Shown here: positions 25,638-40,200 of the stretch, one piece after another
How the letters are laid out: each line of letters starts with the position of its first letter
Numbering within the stretch: the stretch's first letter is position 1
Origin: Lingula anatina
Lineage: Eukaryota > Animalia > Brachiopoda
Length of the DNA: 64,000 nt
Assembly: GCA_051362555.1 (NCBI GenBank)
Contig: CM120641.1
Location: forward strand, 20,584,001 to 20,648,000
Reading direction: 5' to 3'
Translations under genes and position numbers: made by a program
The notes under the pieces: model-generated
What the model saw: only the letters and a program-made list of their open reading frames with translations
Told to the model about the DNA's origin: nothing
The model's database searches: none

Positions 25638-28205
25638 CGTCTGCTTCGCTGTTTCTGAGAATGCATACGAAAACCAAACATGTCTGCTTTACATTATACC
25701 GTTTCCATCCATCTCTAGTCAAACACGACAGATGTGTTAAAATGCCGTTGCTCAGAAATATAAACAGTTAAGAAGAGGAACTCGAGCTACACGAGATCTG
25801 ATAAGCGAACGGAAAGTCCAAATTAACCTGCCGACAACTGCTCTTCTTTGAAATGATTGACAAATAACAGAAGTGCTCTCCCATTAAAAATGAGAAAGGC
25901 CAAACCAACATGCCGGCTTATAAGATATTTAAAAAAGCCACGAAAGACCGCTGAAATGCACGGAGACTTCTAGGCACATCGTGATGCAAGTTGCATCACG
26001 TGCCTGTGATACGTCTAGTATGATGAACTGATAACTACTCGAACTACTGGTACTTGTACGGAAACGGCAGCTCAATTTTGTCAACCAGAGTCACATGTGG
26101 ACGGTTTTCACTTTCCTATCCGTGAAACAAAATGTGTTTGGACGTGATAATATGTCAACAATTCACATAAATGCTGCGCGGAACTGTTTTCACAATTGTA
26201 AGAAAATTAAGGGGCATTTTTTATGATTGAACAAAAAGAAATGGGGGTTCAGAGTATGGTAGAAAACTACTGAAGTCTTATAATCAGTTGAACATTAAAA
26301 CGCAATAAAACTGTAATGGACATTTCAATCAAATCTAGTTTAACATTTGTGAATTAATAGTCCACGAGAAATTGTGTTGCTTAAGGAGTTTTTTCTTGAT
26401 GCAGGGTCCCAAAGGGCCCCAGCATAGATTTAACTTAGTTGTCACTTTAGGCAGCTAAAAATATCCATGATGGCCACTAATCCCCAGTAACTACATGTAG
26501 GCCTACCTGAAACTGGTTAAAATAATATATCGTTTCGTTTTACAGACACTAAAATTAAAGCTAACAACAAAACTACGTAAGATGGTTTTGGGGCTGCATG
26601 CAACAATCAAGGACATCCAAAGGTCATACAACAGCCAGAAATATCATTCTTCATATTCTCTTGAAATATCGATTTATGCCATTTTTCAGTCACGATTTTG
26701 AACTAAATGCATATTGTCGTTGTATCATATTACAGACAATCAAATCAAATCGAGGAAAAATTCATAGGAGACACATTTTATAGATTCTAGGCTATATAAA
26801 ACTTTGCCTATACTTCGACCACACTTTACAAATGAGTGGGAATGGCTGTTGGACTCCATTTCCTATGAGGAGAGACAATGAAATGCCAACTTTCAATTGA
26901 AACATATCTAATAAATCAAAGCCAGAAAACTGTAATAAAACCATATTTATTAGAAATTTCATTGCTTTGCAATAATATCAAGATATATTTGCTTATTGGT
27001 ATAATAGTGGCCATCTCCAGTTGAACGTCTGCTGAGATCACGTGACTGGCTTTACCGTGCGCCACAAAACACAGGGAGGTCTGTAGGTAGAAAACACGGC
27101 AGTGTTTGAAAAAAAAAAGTTTACTTCAGTAAAACATTCTGACTATAATTTGAGAACGAAAACGAATCATATTTCATTACTGGATGCTCTGATCGCAACT
27201 TTGTTCAAAACACTTAAAAGAATCAGTTATACTAAAGTAGTATACAGTATTGCTGTGCTACTTTTAAAGTTCTGACATCTAGAAACTCAATATCTGTAAA
27301 TATCTGCCTACCAAATCTCAAGATGCATTAATTGGCCCACATTTCAAAGAGTTATTATTATTAATTATGTGACATAATCTTCATTAATCCTAAATTACAG
27401 CATAAAGTATAGATAGACTTCCACAAACAAGATATTTTAAATTGTTAGAAATGAAAATAATTAACTCTGTTATAGAATCATATTGAGCAAACTTAACAAA
27501 CAAAACAGACAATAATTAATATATGGCACCATGCATACCAAAACTAATTGCAAATCAAAATTGAGTGAATGAAGCCTGTTTTAGTGAATAAGTAGCACCT
27601 TCTGTTGAATGAAAGAATGAGTGATAAATTGAAAATGCCTATCAAAGCTATATCTACACCACATTTACAACATATGAATCTCAAATGAAGCTCGTAACAG
27701 TAAGGCAAGAGCAGCTTGTCCACCATATAAACACCGAGTAAGAATCTCTTGAATATTGCACTTGGACACATTTGAAAGACGCGCGAGAACTCCATTGCTT
27801 AAGTAAGACATGAACTTTTCTCACAACTTTGGCAACAAGAGGGCATTTCATTTTGTTTGCTTTGCATCGTTTTTCAAAACGATCCGACCCGATCAAGCAA
27901 AGCCTGTACCAAACCTTAGTTGTAAGTGTTACTGTATACAGCATTTTTATATCATTTCTGGAAACCTTTCCAATAAAAATGGATTTTTCTGAATAAATTT
28001 AACAATTCTCTATTTCATTATCTGTCTATAGTAACAGTACATAATAAGCTCTCTTTTAAAAGAGTCTTTCATTGAGTGCTATGAGAGTTTGTGTCCTGAC
28101 ACAGATGTCCTGTAAATCTGTCTTCTCTATTATATATATATTCCATCCTACACAGTTTTCCTGAAGTCTCTACTTGAGCAACTAAGTTTATTTTTCTCTT
28201 GCTCT

Positions 28206-28207
<2 letters not shown>

Positions 28208-28235
<28 letters not shown>
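28208..28235. repeat. (CT)n microsatellite just 3' of the RIN stop codon
   Basis: Direct reading. Confidence 0.9.
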
Positions 28236-28239
<4 letters not shown>

Positions 28240-28249
28240 TGGGGATAAT

Positions 28250-31200
28250 TCACTGGTGGTTCATTAAAGATGTAGGCCAAGCAATCTTTGCTCCATTCCT
28301 TTTATAAGCAAAGGAGCCTTTCTTTTCTTCCGCCACCAATTCTGCTTTGATGTTTTGTGGGCATGCACTGTCTCCTAGGTGAATTTCTGTAATGATGACA
28401 ACAATTTATAAATCAATTATGAAATTGATTGGATGGACAAAATAAAACAATTTACAAACTGAAATCCTTATTCAATATGTAATACAGGATGAGTGGTGTC
28501 TTAGCAAACTGAAGGGATTAAATAATCTACACAATAGGAATCTTTCCACAACTTTCTATGTCAAAGTTGTCACTCAATAAATTATATATATATAATTTCT
28601 ACATTTTATCAAAAATTTGTTTCCACTTACTAATTTTTGACTTCTGAATCAATGTTTTATAAAGAGTAATATTTTTAGTAAATGATCTTCAAATTTTTTT
28701 CACAAGTTTTAAAATTGACCTTGAACTCACCTTGACCATCACAAAGAAGGTAAAGGCCATAGTCCTGGGGGTTGGTGACCTTGAACTTGTGAGCAATCAT
28801 ACAGCCTGAAAAAAATACATAAGCATAAAAAATAAACCAAATGCAGGGTGGGTTTGGTAAATGTGTAACAGTTACCAAAAGGACAAGTTTATTCTCCTGT
28901 GACCTGATAACTGTTAAGGCACAATGATACTCCCACACCATTTTCCAATTATCTCCATCCATTGCTTCACTTAAATATGTGATCATCTCTGGTCTTGATC
29001 ACTCTTTATACTTTAAATGCCATTTAAATATTTGAAAATCACACATTCAATTACTTCCAACAGCCATGAAGACACTTACGGACTTCTTTAGTGGACATGT
29101 TAGGTCTGACAGGCATAATTTTGCTCATGATACTGCCATTGTTTTCATCAGGTATCACAACCCTAAGGAAACCTTGGAAGTCTGCTATGTTGGAAGACTA
29201 AAAAGAAAAAAATAAAATAAATATTTAAAATAGGACATATATCACAGACAGTGAAAGTTAAATAAATATCATAAATAAGTTGCGATGCACTCATCCATAT
29301 TTTACACATTTTCCCATTCCCAAACTGAAAAATCTTAGCGCTATCAAGGAATAAACAGTCAAATTAACCTTTCGGGACTAAAACAATGGTTTAGACTTAC
29401 ATCACTGCCCCAGGAGCCCACAGGCATCTCCTGTACTTCCTTCAAGTTCTTCAGTACGTGGACAGCCGAGCTGAGAGTGGTCAGGTAGTAACCCCCCTCG
29501 CCTGCCAGCAGAGAGTGATGGAGGAGACCCCACATATAGTCTGCTTCTATCTCAGCGGAGACCATACCGCACTGAACCAACACATAAATGAACATAGGCA
29601 AGAAATCTGAAACAGAAGGTTAATGCAAACTTATAATTCTCAGAAAGTCAGTCAAAAAAAGAATCGCAAAAGTTTTGAATTATTTATAAGTATTCGCATT
29701 GACTCTTCTTTAATTAAACTTTCTTCATCCCAATATTACAATATTAATTGTTTCAAATATCCATCTTGGATATGAAAAAAAAATTTATAAAACGAAAATC
29801 AAAATTTCAATTATCTATAAAGCACGTAGTATTGTACTGACCATCTGCAGCTAGCGCCACCTGGTGGCCTGATCTTCCTCCACTTCCAGTTGCTGTCCTC
29901 ACCTGGAAAATAAAAAGAAAAAATGAATAAGATGAAAAATATTTATAAGAAGAAAAATATTAATAATTATCTGCTTGAAATACTACATAAAAACGTTAAA
30001 GGGATAATAACTCTTCGTATGAAATCTGTATTTCACAATAAAAACATTGTGAGTGACTCATAAAAATATAATATGTTCTGTTTTCCCACAAAAACGGCTG
30101 TTATAGCTATTATTCTGATATCTGAGCTTGTCTTTAGACCACGTGACCTCCATTGATGGCTATACTCTGTTAAAATCTCTTAAGAGATTTTAACAAAAAA
30201 CCAAACTTTTTAGAAAAAAACCAGGGACTAACTTTGAATGTAAAAATGGATTCATTAACCATTGGTAAGTATGGGAAAATTGTTGTTTACTCCAGGAAAA
30301 TTCATTTTTTGGCCGAAACGAAGAGTTATTATCACTTTAAGCATGTATAAATAATTTTAATTCAGTGCACATAATTACATAAGGGTAATAGGAAAAAACA
30401 CAGGATATTTTTCTCTACAGAAAAAATACACGTGTACAGCAGACGGTTTACTTACACTGTTATATATGGAAGAAGTGGCATTCAGGAGGTTTTCAAGTTT
30501 CTTGAGTGGAGAATGAGCTTTTTGCATCTTCTGCAAGAAGTGCTTGATGACATCCATAGAGGTTCCCTGGGGAGGCTGAAGCTCAGGCTGTTAAGTGAGA
30601 ACAAGTGTTTCTTTAAGTAATATAGAGGTCAAATATCATTTTTATTCAAGTAAGCTAAACAGGGAATTTAATTTGGATACCATAAGCTTTCTCATAGACT
30701 CATTTGTACTATAATGTGGTTAAACTTGGATTTACTTGACTCAAATGTACTTTAGAGTCTTAATACCCCTGTGTACTTACCCTGACTCCAAGTTCCTGAG
30801 AAGTCTTGGTGGATGCATATTTGATGTTGTCAGAGAGGAGTCGAATGCTGCCATTTCTGGTGTACTCGTTTACAAAGAGCTTGTAGATGTGTTGTTTCAG
30901 AGGTCTTACAATACACCTGTTCAGGGCTCCTTCTATGATGGCATCAATGTTCAGAAATTCTTCTGGCCCAAGCTGAAGTAAATGGGATTGGATTGTAGAC
31001 CACGAGACATATAAAGGGAATTTTAATTAGTTACCATGCTGTGCAAATTGTGCCAATGAAAACTGCTGCAGTTCTACTTTTTTTTTTGTCAGGACAATCT
31101 GAGGTTAATAAAATGCAGAAGGAAAAATTCAAGGTATATCAAATTTGTCAATAGAAACTGAAGGAAAAAAGGTTTCAAATATGACCTTTTCATTTCAATG

Positions 31201-34200
31201 TAGTTGTGACAACCTAAACAACCTGGTTCTTACTTGACCTATTAGTTCAGACCACTATATTTGTTATGCCACATGCTGAAGCTAAAAGTGCATTTGTTTT
31301 CCCATCTTTATCATTAGATACCAGCTGACTTAAATCAGAGAGCATTTATTCATAATAACGTCTTACCTTTTTCCTTTCTTTTTCAATTATGTCATCCAAA
31401 TTTCCCTCTCCATGTTTCACAAGATAATTCTTTATTCCACTCATAAATTGGCGGACCTTATATAAAAACAGAATTGTCAATTTTTCTTACTTTAAAAAGT
31501 GGTAAAAATGTCAGGAATTGCATGCTTGAAGTTTTTCATAACCTATTTTATATAGCATTCTGGAGTACTTATCAAAGCTGAAAAAATTTTTTTTCGAAAA
31601 ATAACTCATAGTATCCTGGATGTACTGCTTCATCAAATATTAAACAATTATTCTCAAAAGTTTTTAAAATACTAATGTAATAATATGAACAAAAAATATG
31701 TCAGAAAAACTTACATTCCTCAACACCACATTAGGATTAGTTTCATTACTTTCTCTTGTGCACTGTAGGAAGTTTTCTATTGTGCTACCAAACGTGGTGC
31801 AATGATCCATGGAAAGCCTGAATAATAAAACACACCCCAAGTTACAAAATTTTCTTTTTCAATCTTTTGCTGAAGAACAAACTCTTTGCTGGGAAATGCA
31901 ACAAAGAGTTATCCACATGTCATTTAACAAATTTATTAGCTCAATCTATGCTACTGACTCATCAAATTATGGAAAACACATTCAAGCATTATTGACAGAT
32001 AACTTTACAAAATCATTAACTTCTACAGACAGATTGAATGAGATTTAATGTCTGCTTTTATACAACCAGAATCCTTCTTCAGATTTCTTAATATTTAGTA
32101 ATATTTTACGTTGGATATACCTATAAATATAGTCTCTGATCTTCAACCCTGGATCCCTGTTATTTTGTCTCATACTGGTCACACGTTTGGCAGCTGAATG
32201 ATATCAAAATAAACTTAAGATTCATTTAATCCAGACCTGTTGAATAGTGTGATATTGATATAATCTGTGACATCGGGCTACACACTTTAAACTTTATCAC
32301 AAAAGCATTTTGCAACAAAAATAGAAAATATCACTTACAAAGAAATGGCCCAAGACGTTCACCGAAGCTGGAACTGATGCTGTGGCTTTGCATCCTAGGC
32401 TCAATCTGAAGAACATCTTCTTCCTCTTCATCTTCGTCACTGCAAATATGGTCCTCCTGTTCATCTGTTGCCATGGTAACACCATTTTCATCTACCAGTT
32501 TACCGTCTATCAATGTCAGTGGTTTCCTTGGTGATTGTGTCCCTGGCAACTGAGTTGTAGGAGAACCAGGCTGAGACAATGATGTTGGACCACTAGATAA
32601 CTTTGATCGAAATGACTGGGGCTTCCTGGATGTCCCTGGCTGTGATTGCGATAGTTGAGCAAGCTGTTGTGCCTGATTGTGTTGTGACCTGTTAGAGAGC
32701 TGTCTCTTGAGATTAGGTGATGTGGGTTCAGGACTCCCTGGAGCAGATGACTTATTAGAGAGCTGTCTCTCAAGGACCTGCCTGTGTGGCTGGTTTACTG
32801 TCTGAAGAGAAATAGGTTTCAGGAAGATGTGATTTGTTGGAGAGTCTGCAGCACCTCCATTGGGAAGGGTCATTCTTCTCCAGGAGTACACGCTCTCAGT
32901 CTCCATGCGTCCACACAGCACCTCTTGGTCCAGTAACTGCTGGTCTATCGTGTCCCAGTGGGAGTGGTCATGCTCCCCATCACTTGAAAAAGCATTATCA
33001 TAGGTGGACGTCTCATTGTATTGACTACTTTGTACTTCGCTAACCCCATTCTTGTCTAAATGTGGAGGAGAACCTGGTGGAAGAGAGTATTTAGCCTCGT
33101 GAGCAGTCCAACCTAGATTTAACAGATCATCCCACAGACTGCTGTCCCATGGTTTGGAGAATATTGTCCCGGAGTATGTACTCTCCGTGCGACCACAGTT
33201 TTTGATATCATCGAATGTGACATTATCGTAGGTGGACATACGTTTCAAGTTTTCCAGAGTTAGTTCCCCAATGGGTCTGACTTTGAGATCTGGAGCTATG
33301 ATGTCCTCCACTGTGGTGATGTCTGAAAGGGATGAACTTTGAGAAGTGATATCTAAAGGAAATGGGTGATCTGTGTGAGTGCTCTCCATTGTTCCATTCA
33401 TGTCATCCTCATCTATAAAAACAAAGTCATCAGAGGTGACTGACCTCCTGCCTTCAGAAATGCCAACCCCTCCTTCACCTCTTTCACATTGTTGCTGTAA
33501 AAGCTGTTTCTCCATCATGTGGTCCTTCTTGCTGACACTGTCTATACTTATGGCACTTGGGGTTTGGCACTGTGAGCGAACTGCCGGGGATTGGGTGTGA
33601 CTTCGGCTGGACTTGGCGAGACTGGATGCACGTGGGTATGTCCACTGAACGTGCATATCTTCTGTACCGTCTTGGGGTTCAGGCTTGGTAGAAAAAACAG
33701 CATCATCATCCTCAAAGGATGCTATACTCTCCCGTTCCTCCTCCTCTTCTGCCACAGCGTTCATTAAAGCTAAATTTTCCTCCTGTTGTCCATACTCCAA
33801 AGAGAGCGATGTCTGTGTCTCTTCATTTACCTGTGCAGACTGTGTATTAGACACAGTCTTGAGCTCTTCCACTGCCGTATGCAGGTTGGCCATTAAACTG
33901 TCAAATGGCTCAGCATATATGGGACTAGGATTGTACACAGCCTGAGCAGATTCAGTCTTTAAACCAGTGGAAGTTTTTCTAAATTGAATTCTAACTTTAG
34001 AAGCTGATTGCTGTGAGGATGAGTTTGTATTTGAACTGCCATGGACAGTTATTGTTGACACTGGTGGAGGTGGTGGTGGGACAAAAACTGGTGGAGGACG
34101 CAGCTTTTGTTGCTGATTGACATCAAACGTGAACACCACTGGTTCTGAAGTCTTCTTATTGACTCCTATAGTGATTTCTGACCTGTAACTTTCTTTACTT

Positions 34201-37200
34201 TGAAGAAGAGATGTCACAGCTGTCGTAACTTGGGATGTAACTGCAGAAAACGTAGAATTTACAGTCACAGTGTTCTGGGCTTTCTGCTGAGTTGTCAGAT
34301 TTCGAAAAGATGGGTTCACAAATCCAACATTCGAAACAGGTCGTGAGTGTGGAATATGATCCTGAGAATTATGGGATTGACTTACAATATTCTGGGATTG
34401 ATGCACAGCACTTTGGGATTGACTTGATGCACTAGTGGTAGTAATAGCACCCTTGATTTTGTTTGACTGAAGTTTGCTTTTAAGGGATTTGTCTCTTTTT
34501 CTGGCTGGCGACTCTGGAGTCCAAAGATCCTCATAATCGCTCAGGCGATCTGAAAGGTTACTCCTATAATATGGTGTGTCTGGAGTCCTCACTTGCTCTA
34601 TTCCAGTAGACTTATATGCAACTGGAGCATGCACCAGATTTTTATTCACACTTTCTGAGGCAACCTGTGACTGGTATTGACTGACAGTTTTTGTGCATAC
34701 TTTTGCTTTCTGTGGCACCGCATAGGTAACAGTCGTTGACGTTGTTGTAGTTGTGGTCACCGTTGATGCTGTAAGCAGGGACTGTTTTGCATCTGATGAT
34801 ATTGATGGCTGACTTTGTTGTTCCTGTGTAGAAGAGCTCTGTGTAGTGGTGGTTGCACTAAAAGAAGGCCCAGTCGTGGTCACAACATTCTGCCCAGGTA
34901 GAGTCCCATCGCTGGACAACTGAATTGAAGCAGTGCTAATGAAACATGGCTTTGGCTGTTGCAAGCTTGACTGTTGTAAGCTCTTCACTGATCCTGCTGA
35001 GCCTGTGGGGCTAAATGATTCAAAAGTAAATCCACTGACACGTTTTGACACCTTAGAGTTCTGTTTTTGTGATGAGCGTATTAATTTGGGTGTCTTCTTT
35101 TTGCTTCCGCTGCTTGAACTCCTCTGCACCATTCTACATGGCTGGCGTGGGACTAGTTCAGAAACTCCAGTTTCACCTTTTTTCAGATTAGGTTCTAAAT
35201 GCACTGGACTGTCCACCTTCTTCACTATGTCCACAGGGCTGCTTCTATGTGGAATCTGTCCCCTATTTCCACTATTTCCACTGCTACCACTACTACTGGA
35301 AGTTGCTGATTTGGTCCAATGAAGAGAAGAGCTCCAAAAATCTGTAAAAAAAAGAAAAACCATACTTTGTACTAACCTGAGTTGAAAGAAGGAATAAGAC
35401 TTACTTATAAAGTAGCACTATTAAAATAATGTTAGCTAAAATAATATGAACTACTAGCAATATTAAAAGTACTTTAGGCTTAAAAGGGGGCAAAAGATAA
35501 AAATTTGCCCTCCAGTTTAATCCAGACAATGGTAACTGTGTGTAATAATTTCCAATGCAATCTCCTCCACAAACTGGCATAACAATGGCACACAGATATA
35601 CCTCACTCTATGCACTCTCTCCAGGGAAAACTGCATTAACAATAATTAAAAAACATGACTCAATGTTAACTATATCTTCTATGCATCCCCTGAGATAAGT
35701 GGTCCTGTTTGATTGATAAAGTAATCATGTGCTGGGGTAATTCCATGTATTGTTAAAGCTGACAGCTTCCCACTGGGACAAGCTTGAGGGCATGGAAACC
35801 AACCCAGACACTAAACACATTCTGGATATTGCACTTCTCTCACAAAGACAAAAAAAAAAAGGTTTCATAACCCCCATCTGCAGCAATTTTATAAATCACC
35901 ATACATATCTATATTTAATCCGTTTATGTGATAATGAAAAAAGCAGACACCCTGCTCTATCAATATAGAAGAATCCAGTTTCTTTGGTCTCGCTCATTCT
36001 CCCCCTCCCCATTCCTACCCTATTCCTACAGGCCAGATGCTTCAAACCAGCCCAATCCCTCCCCCATTTACAAATCCAAAATCCATACAGGAATTGAAGT
36101 CAAAGTCACTCCCCTCAAACCTCCAACTATATCCCTTTCCATTTTTTGAAACACTATAGCTTGATTTCATGAATGAAGCTCTAAGCCAGGAGAGAGGTAT
36201 AGGATGAGAGGAGAATGGATAACAGGCTTGTTCATGGCTGACATGGCCAATGTGAGACATGCAGGTTTGACTGCAGTGCCAGCAGAAACACCTCAATATT
36301 TCGTACACATTATACATTCAGCTCTCCAATACATGTGCACGCACAGACATATGCACACACACGCATATATACCTTGGCCTAGTAGAGCCAGGGAGGCCAG
36401 CTCCTGATGAGTGGTGGCAGCACTGAGAACCTTGGGCAAGACCAGCTTACATGGCAGTTCATCTCTGTAATACAAAATGGTTAAACATTAGTTACAAGAA
36501 GAAGAAAAGTACAACTGGAAATTTATATCAATTGGTATCAAGCAAAAGTTATAGCAAAAACCCATTACAGAAGCTTATCTCCAAGTCACACATCAAAGTT
36601 TGCCAAGTGAGGATTTACATCCTCATCTGATCACTGAAAAAAAACATGTTACTACAGTACATGTATAAAAATAAAGCCAGTGAATAAATGTTTTTAAAAT
36701 ACTGCAAATTGCCAGATGTCCTACCAAAACAGAGACCCCAAGTCTTCAATGACTAGATTCACCACAGTCTTCAAAAGCAAAACTTGATGTTAAACTGTAC
36801 AAACAAGTGAAATTACTGCCAAACAGAACCCAGCGGTTGCCAACTTGGAACCACCTTCTGCTCTAACAATCACAGGAAGTACTAGCAGTGATAAATTTAA
36901 AACATCATCCCTTGCCAATAAACACTGGGCACATTCACACTGGATTTTTAAAAAACCCTCTACTTCAATCAAAATGCACTACCTATACAAAGGCTCCTGT
37001 TTAGCAGTGGGTATTGCAATTGACCTGTTGGGTCCACAGCATGTAGTTCTCCGAGCACTGGTTCAAAATTGATTACAATTGTTTGATCAATTGTCTGGAA
37101 GGCACGTTGTTCATACAACTTGAAAAACTAATGTAAACAAAGTGGAGAGCCAGTGCCTGCACCGCGCAAGCACTACCTGTACCTGTACCTCACAGCCATG

Positions 37201-40200
37201 TTGCCTGGGGTAAGGCGTTAAACACAGGAGCTCATATGCACTCACCTGTGCCTTACCCCAATGATAAACACTCACACTTGGACAAGTACAAACCTTTTAA
37301 CAGACAAAACATCTTGGCACAGACGAACAGGTTAGACTTGCCTTGCAGCTATACCGAATATAGAGAGGAAAATATCAAACTTCCAAAGCATCAGTTGGAT
37401 TAGATACTCAGATACAAATCATATATACATAAATGACTTCCTCAAGTACAACATAGAATACGAAGTACCATGCTGAACCATAGATAAGCTTTATATGAAT
37501 GAGATTGAATAAGATGAGATGAGATGAAACTACTTCTGTAAATCCCAAGATGACATGTCTCTGCTATACTTACTCCTTTACATCCGTGGTTGCTGACCAG
37601 GGTATCTGACAGCTAGCCAAACAACCCATCATTAAGTTTATGGTGACAGTCACAGACGTGCCACTGTCACCTTATTCCAGGTCTATAGTAAAACCTTAAA
37701 CGGCTTATGTAACCCAAGAATATGCAGCATCTAGTTACCAGTCAAACTAATCAAGAGGCAATCTTATCCCTTCTGTGAATAAGTTCCACTGATAGTTTGT
37801 CTTCATCAAATCACAAAGTTACAGTACACGCAGTAAAATATCAGTCCCAGTGCACTTCTCTAAGCAAAATGCAACCTTACAGAATCAATAGCAATAAAAA
37901 ATAATTTGCAGATTAGGTAGATTGATCTGCTTAGATAAACCATAAATATCATTTATCAGTGTCTTTGGGAGAAATAAACAAGAAAGGGAATAGTTAAAGT
38001 CTGAATAACTTAGACAATTTGAGTGGTCTCTAGTGCTTTGTGTGTATGTGCAGGTGGCTGTGAAGATGTTTGGGGGGGGGGGGGGGGGGCTGATGGCTTG
38101 ATATTGCATTAGCTGTACCATGTAATTCACAGCAAGTAGAGACGTGCAAGATTTTAATTTAATATTTTACATTACTAGTATGGACAGGATCAAATTTCAG
38201 TTAGAAAAATGCCATCAATTTATCAAGTCACTAAACTTTTAAAGTAATCTGCTAATTTGAAATAAGCAAAAATATTAAATAAAAATCAAATAGTTAATAA
38301 ACATTTTTATTATTCTTAACTAATGTACTTTTTCTTATTGACTTATACTATTTCTGTCATCAGCTAATTATTATGACAACTCTAAACTTTTAAATGTTAT
38401 ATTTTTACATCATCATCATCATACCTTCAACTATGACAAAAAACCTTTAAGTATTAAGAATCCTTTTCACGTCATCATCTATTTTATCATGGATTTAAAA
38501 AAAATTTTTAATAGGGTGAAAATCTTTTCCATGTCATCATCTATTTCATCACAAATTAAAAAAAAAATTGAGGATATATTTTTTGTCATCAGTAAATTTA
38601 TATGATGCTAAAAAACTTACAAATGTTCCTTTCTTACATCATCAGCTTCCTTAAACTATGACGAAAAACTTTTATATGTTAAGAACTTTTTTCATGTCAT
38701 TATCTATATTATCACGAGTTCAAAATAAAAGTAAACAAAAGCAAAAAAATCCTCCCCATTCTTTAAACAATTGGTCCAGCCTGAATCCACATTGTTAGGA
38801 TGGGTTCCAGGAAACTGAAAGTGACGCCACACCAATTTGGACTTATACCTAACAGCACATAGGTATGCATATTTACAGTTTGGATATGTAAATTCACTTC
38901 ACCTAAGGATGGGCAATAAGATATGGTTGAGGAAATCGGAGATATTACACCCAGTGCACTGAGAGTGGAGACGCCTCCGCCTTTTGTTTGCTCAAGGATG
39001 TCAAGAGCTTTCTTACAGGGCAAAAGACACTTGATAAGATACTTATTGACGAAGCCGAAAATAGATATGTCGAATAAAAACATAAACGGTGTTTTAAAAA
39101 TTCTCAGTTCTTCAATCATAACAAAGTTAACAAAATTCTGAATAAACTTTTTATACAACAGTGTCTATGCATATTTTGAACTAAGGAATTTTTCTTACGA
39201 CATTTATAAATATTACTTCTATTATAATGAACCTCTTGTAATCACTTCCTTTTTTGGCTCAGCTATAAAAAATACCACAAAGACAGATTCTTAACTATTA
39301 TCATTGACCCATAATTTTGTGCCACCCTGTATTCAAATAAAAACACCCTGATCTTCACCTAAGAATGATTTATGGAAAAGGATGGACAGGTATTTGTGAC
39401 ATGTACATGTGTATGCGGAAAAAGAAGATTTCCGTGGAATATTATAATAAAAGGAACTCCACTCATCACGTGATAATTGACAGGAAGAACATAATACAAC
39501 TGATACAAACAAATAACCTTTTTTCACTTTTATTCAAACATCTATGATATAACTGGGATACTTCTAAATCAATCTTTACAAAATACCATGATTGAGAGAA
39601 ATTGAAGTTAATAATATCCTTTAAGTGTCCTGACACAAGTACGTGGAAAAAAACCTTAGCACAGGGTATGCTGCTACCAAAACCGCTAAGGCAACACATG
39701 AATCCTCCCTCATTCTCTACCACAGCAGGTAGAGAATGAGGACTTTCAAATACTAGAGATCTCAGTCTGCAGAAAATCAATCACAGAGACAGAAACTAAT
39801 GGAATCTGCTAATCAAGTTCTACATGTATATACACCTATTGTGAGTCACAATTACTTGAGGACACAAGTAATAGTTGTCCCTAAATGCTCTGGGCACAGG
39901 TAAAACAGCTCCAGGAGGGTTTTCAACAGTGTCTGGAACCCTCCTGATAATTTTGGGGATTTAAGTCGATTAACACAGTTAGTGGGCACCCTCAATGAAA
40001 ACTGATGTCTTCATCAGGACAAATTCTCTAATTTAAAAAACTACCAATAGCCTGTCACGACATTAACCACTGATTATATGCAAGTCATCACCTCACTGAA
40101 CTAATGTTCAGGACAACAGACACGGGGCAGGTGATACTTGATCAGCTACTGGCAACCAAATACTTCACAACAGATCAAGTAGCAAGATTCTGTTGAGATA

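Noticed and set aside
32834-35322. Plus-strand ORFs of 69-129 aa
   Set aside because: Antisense shadows of the RIN giant exon.
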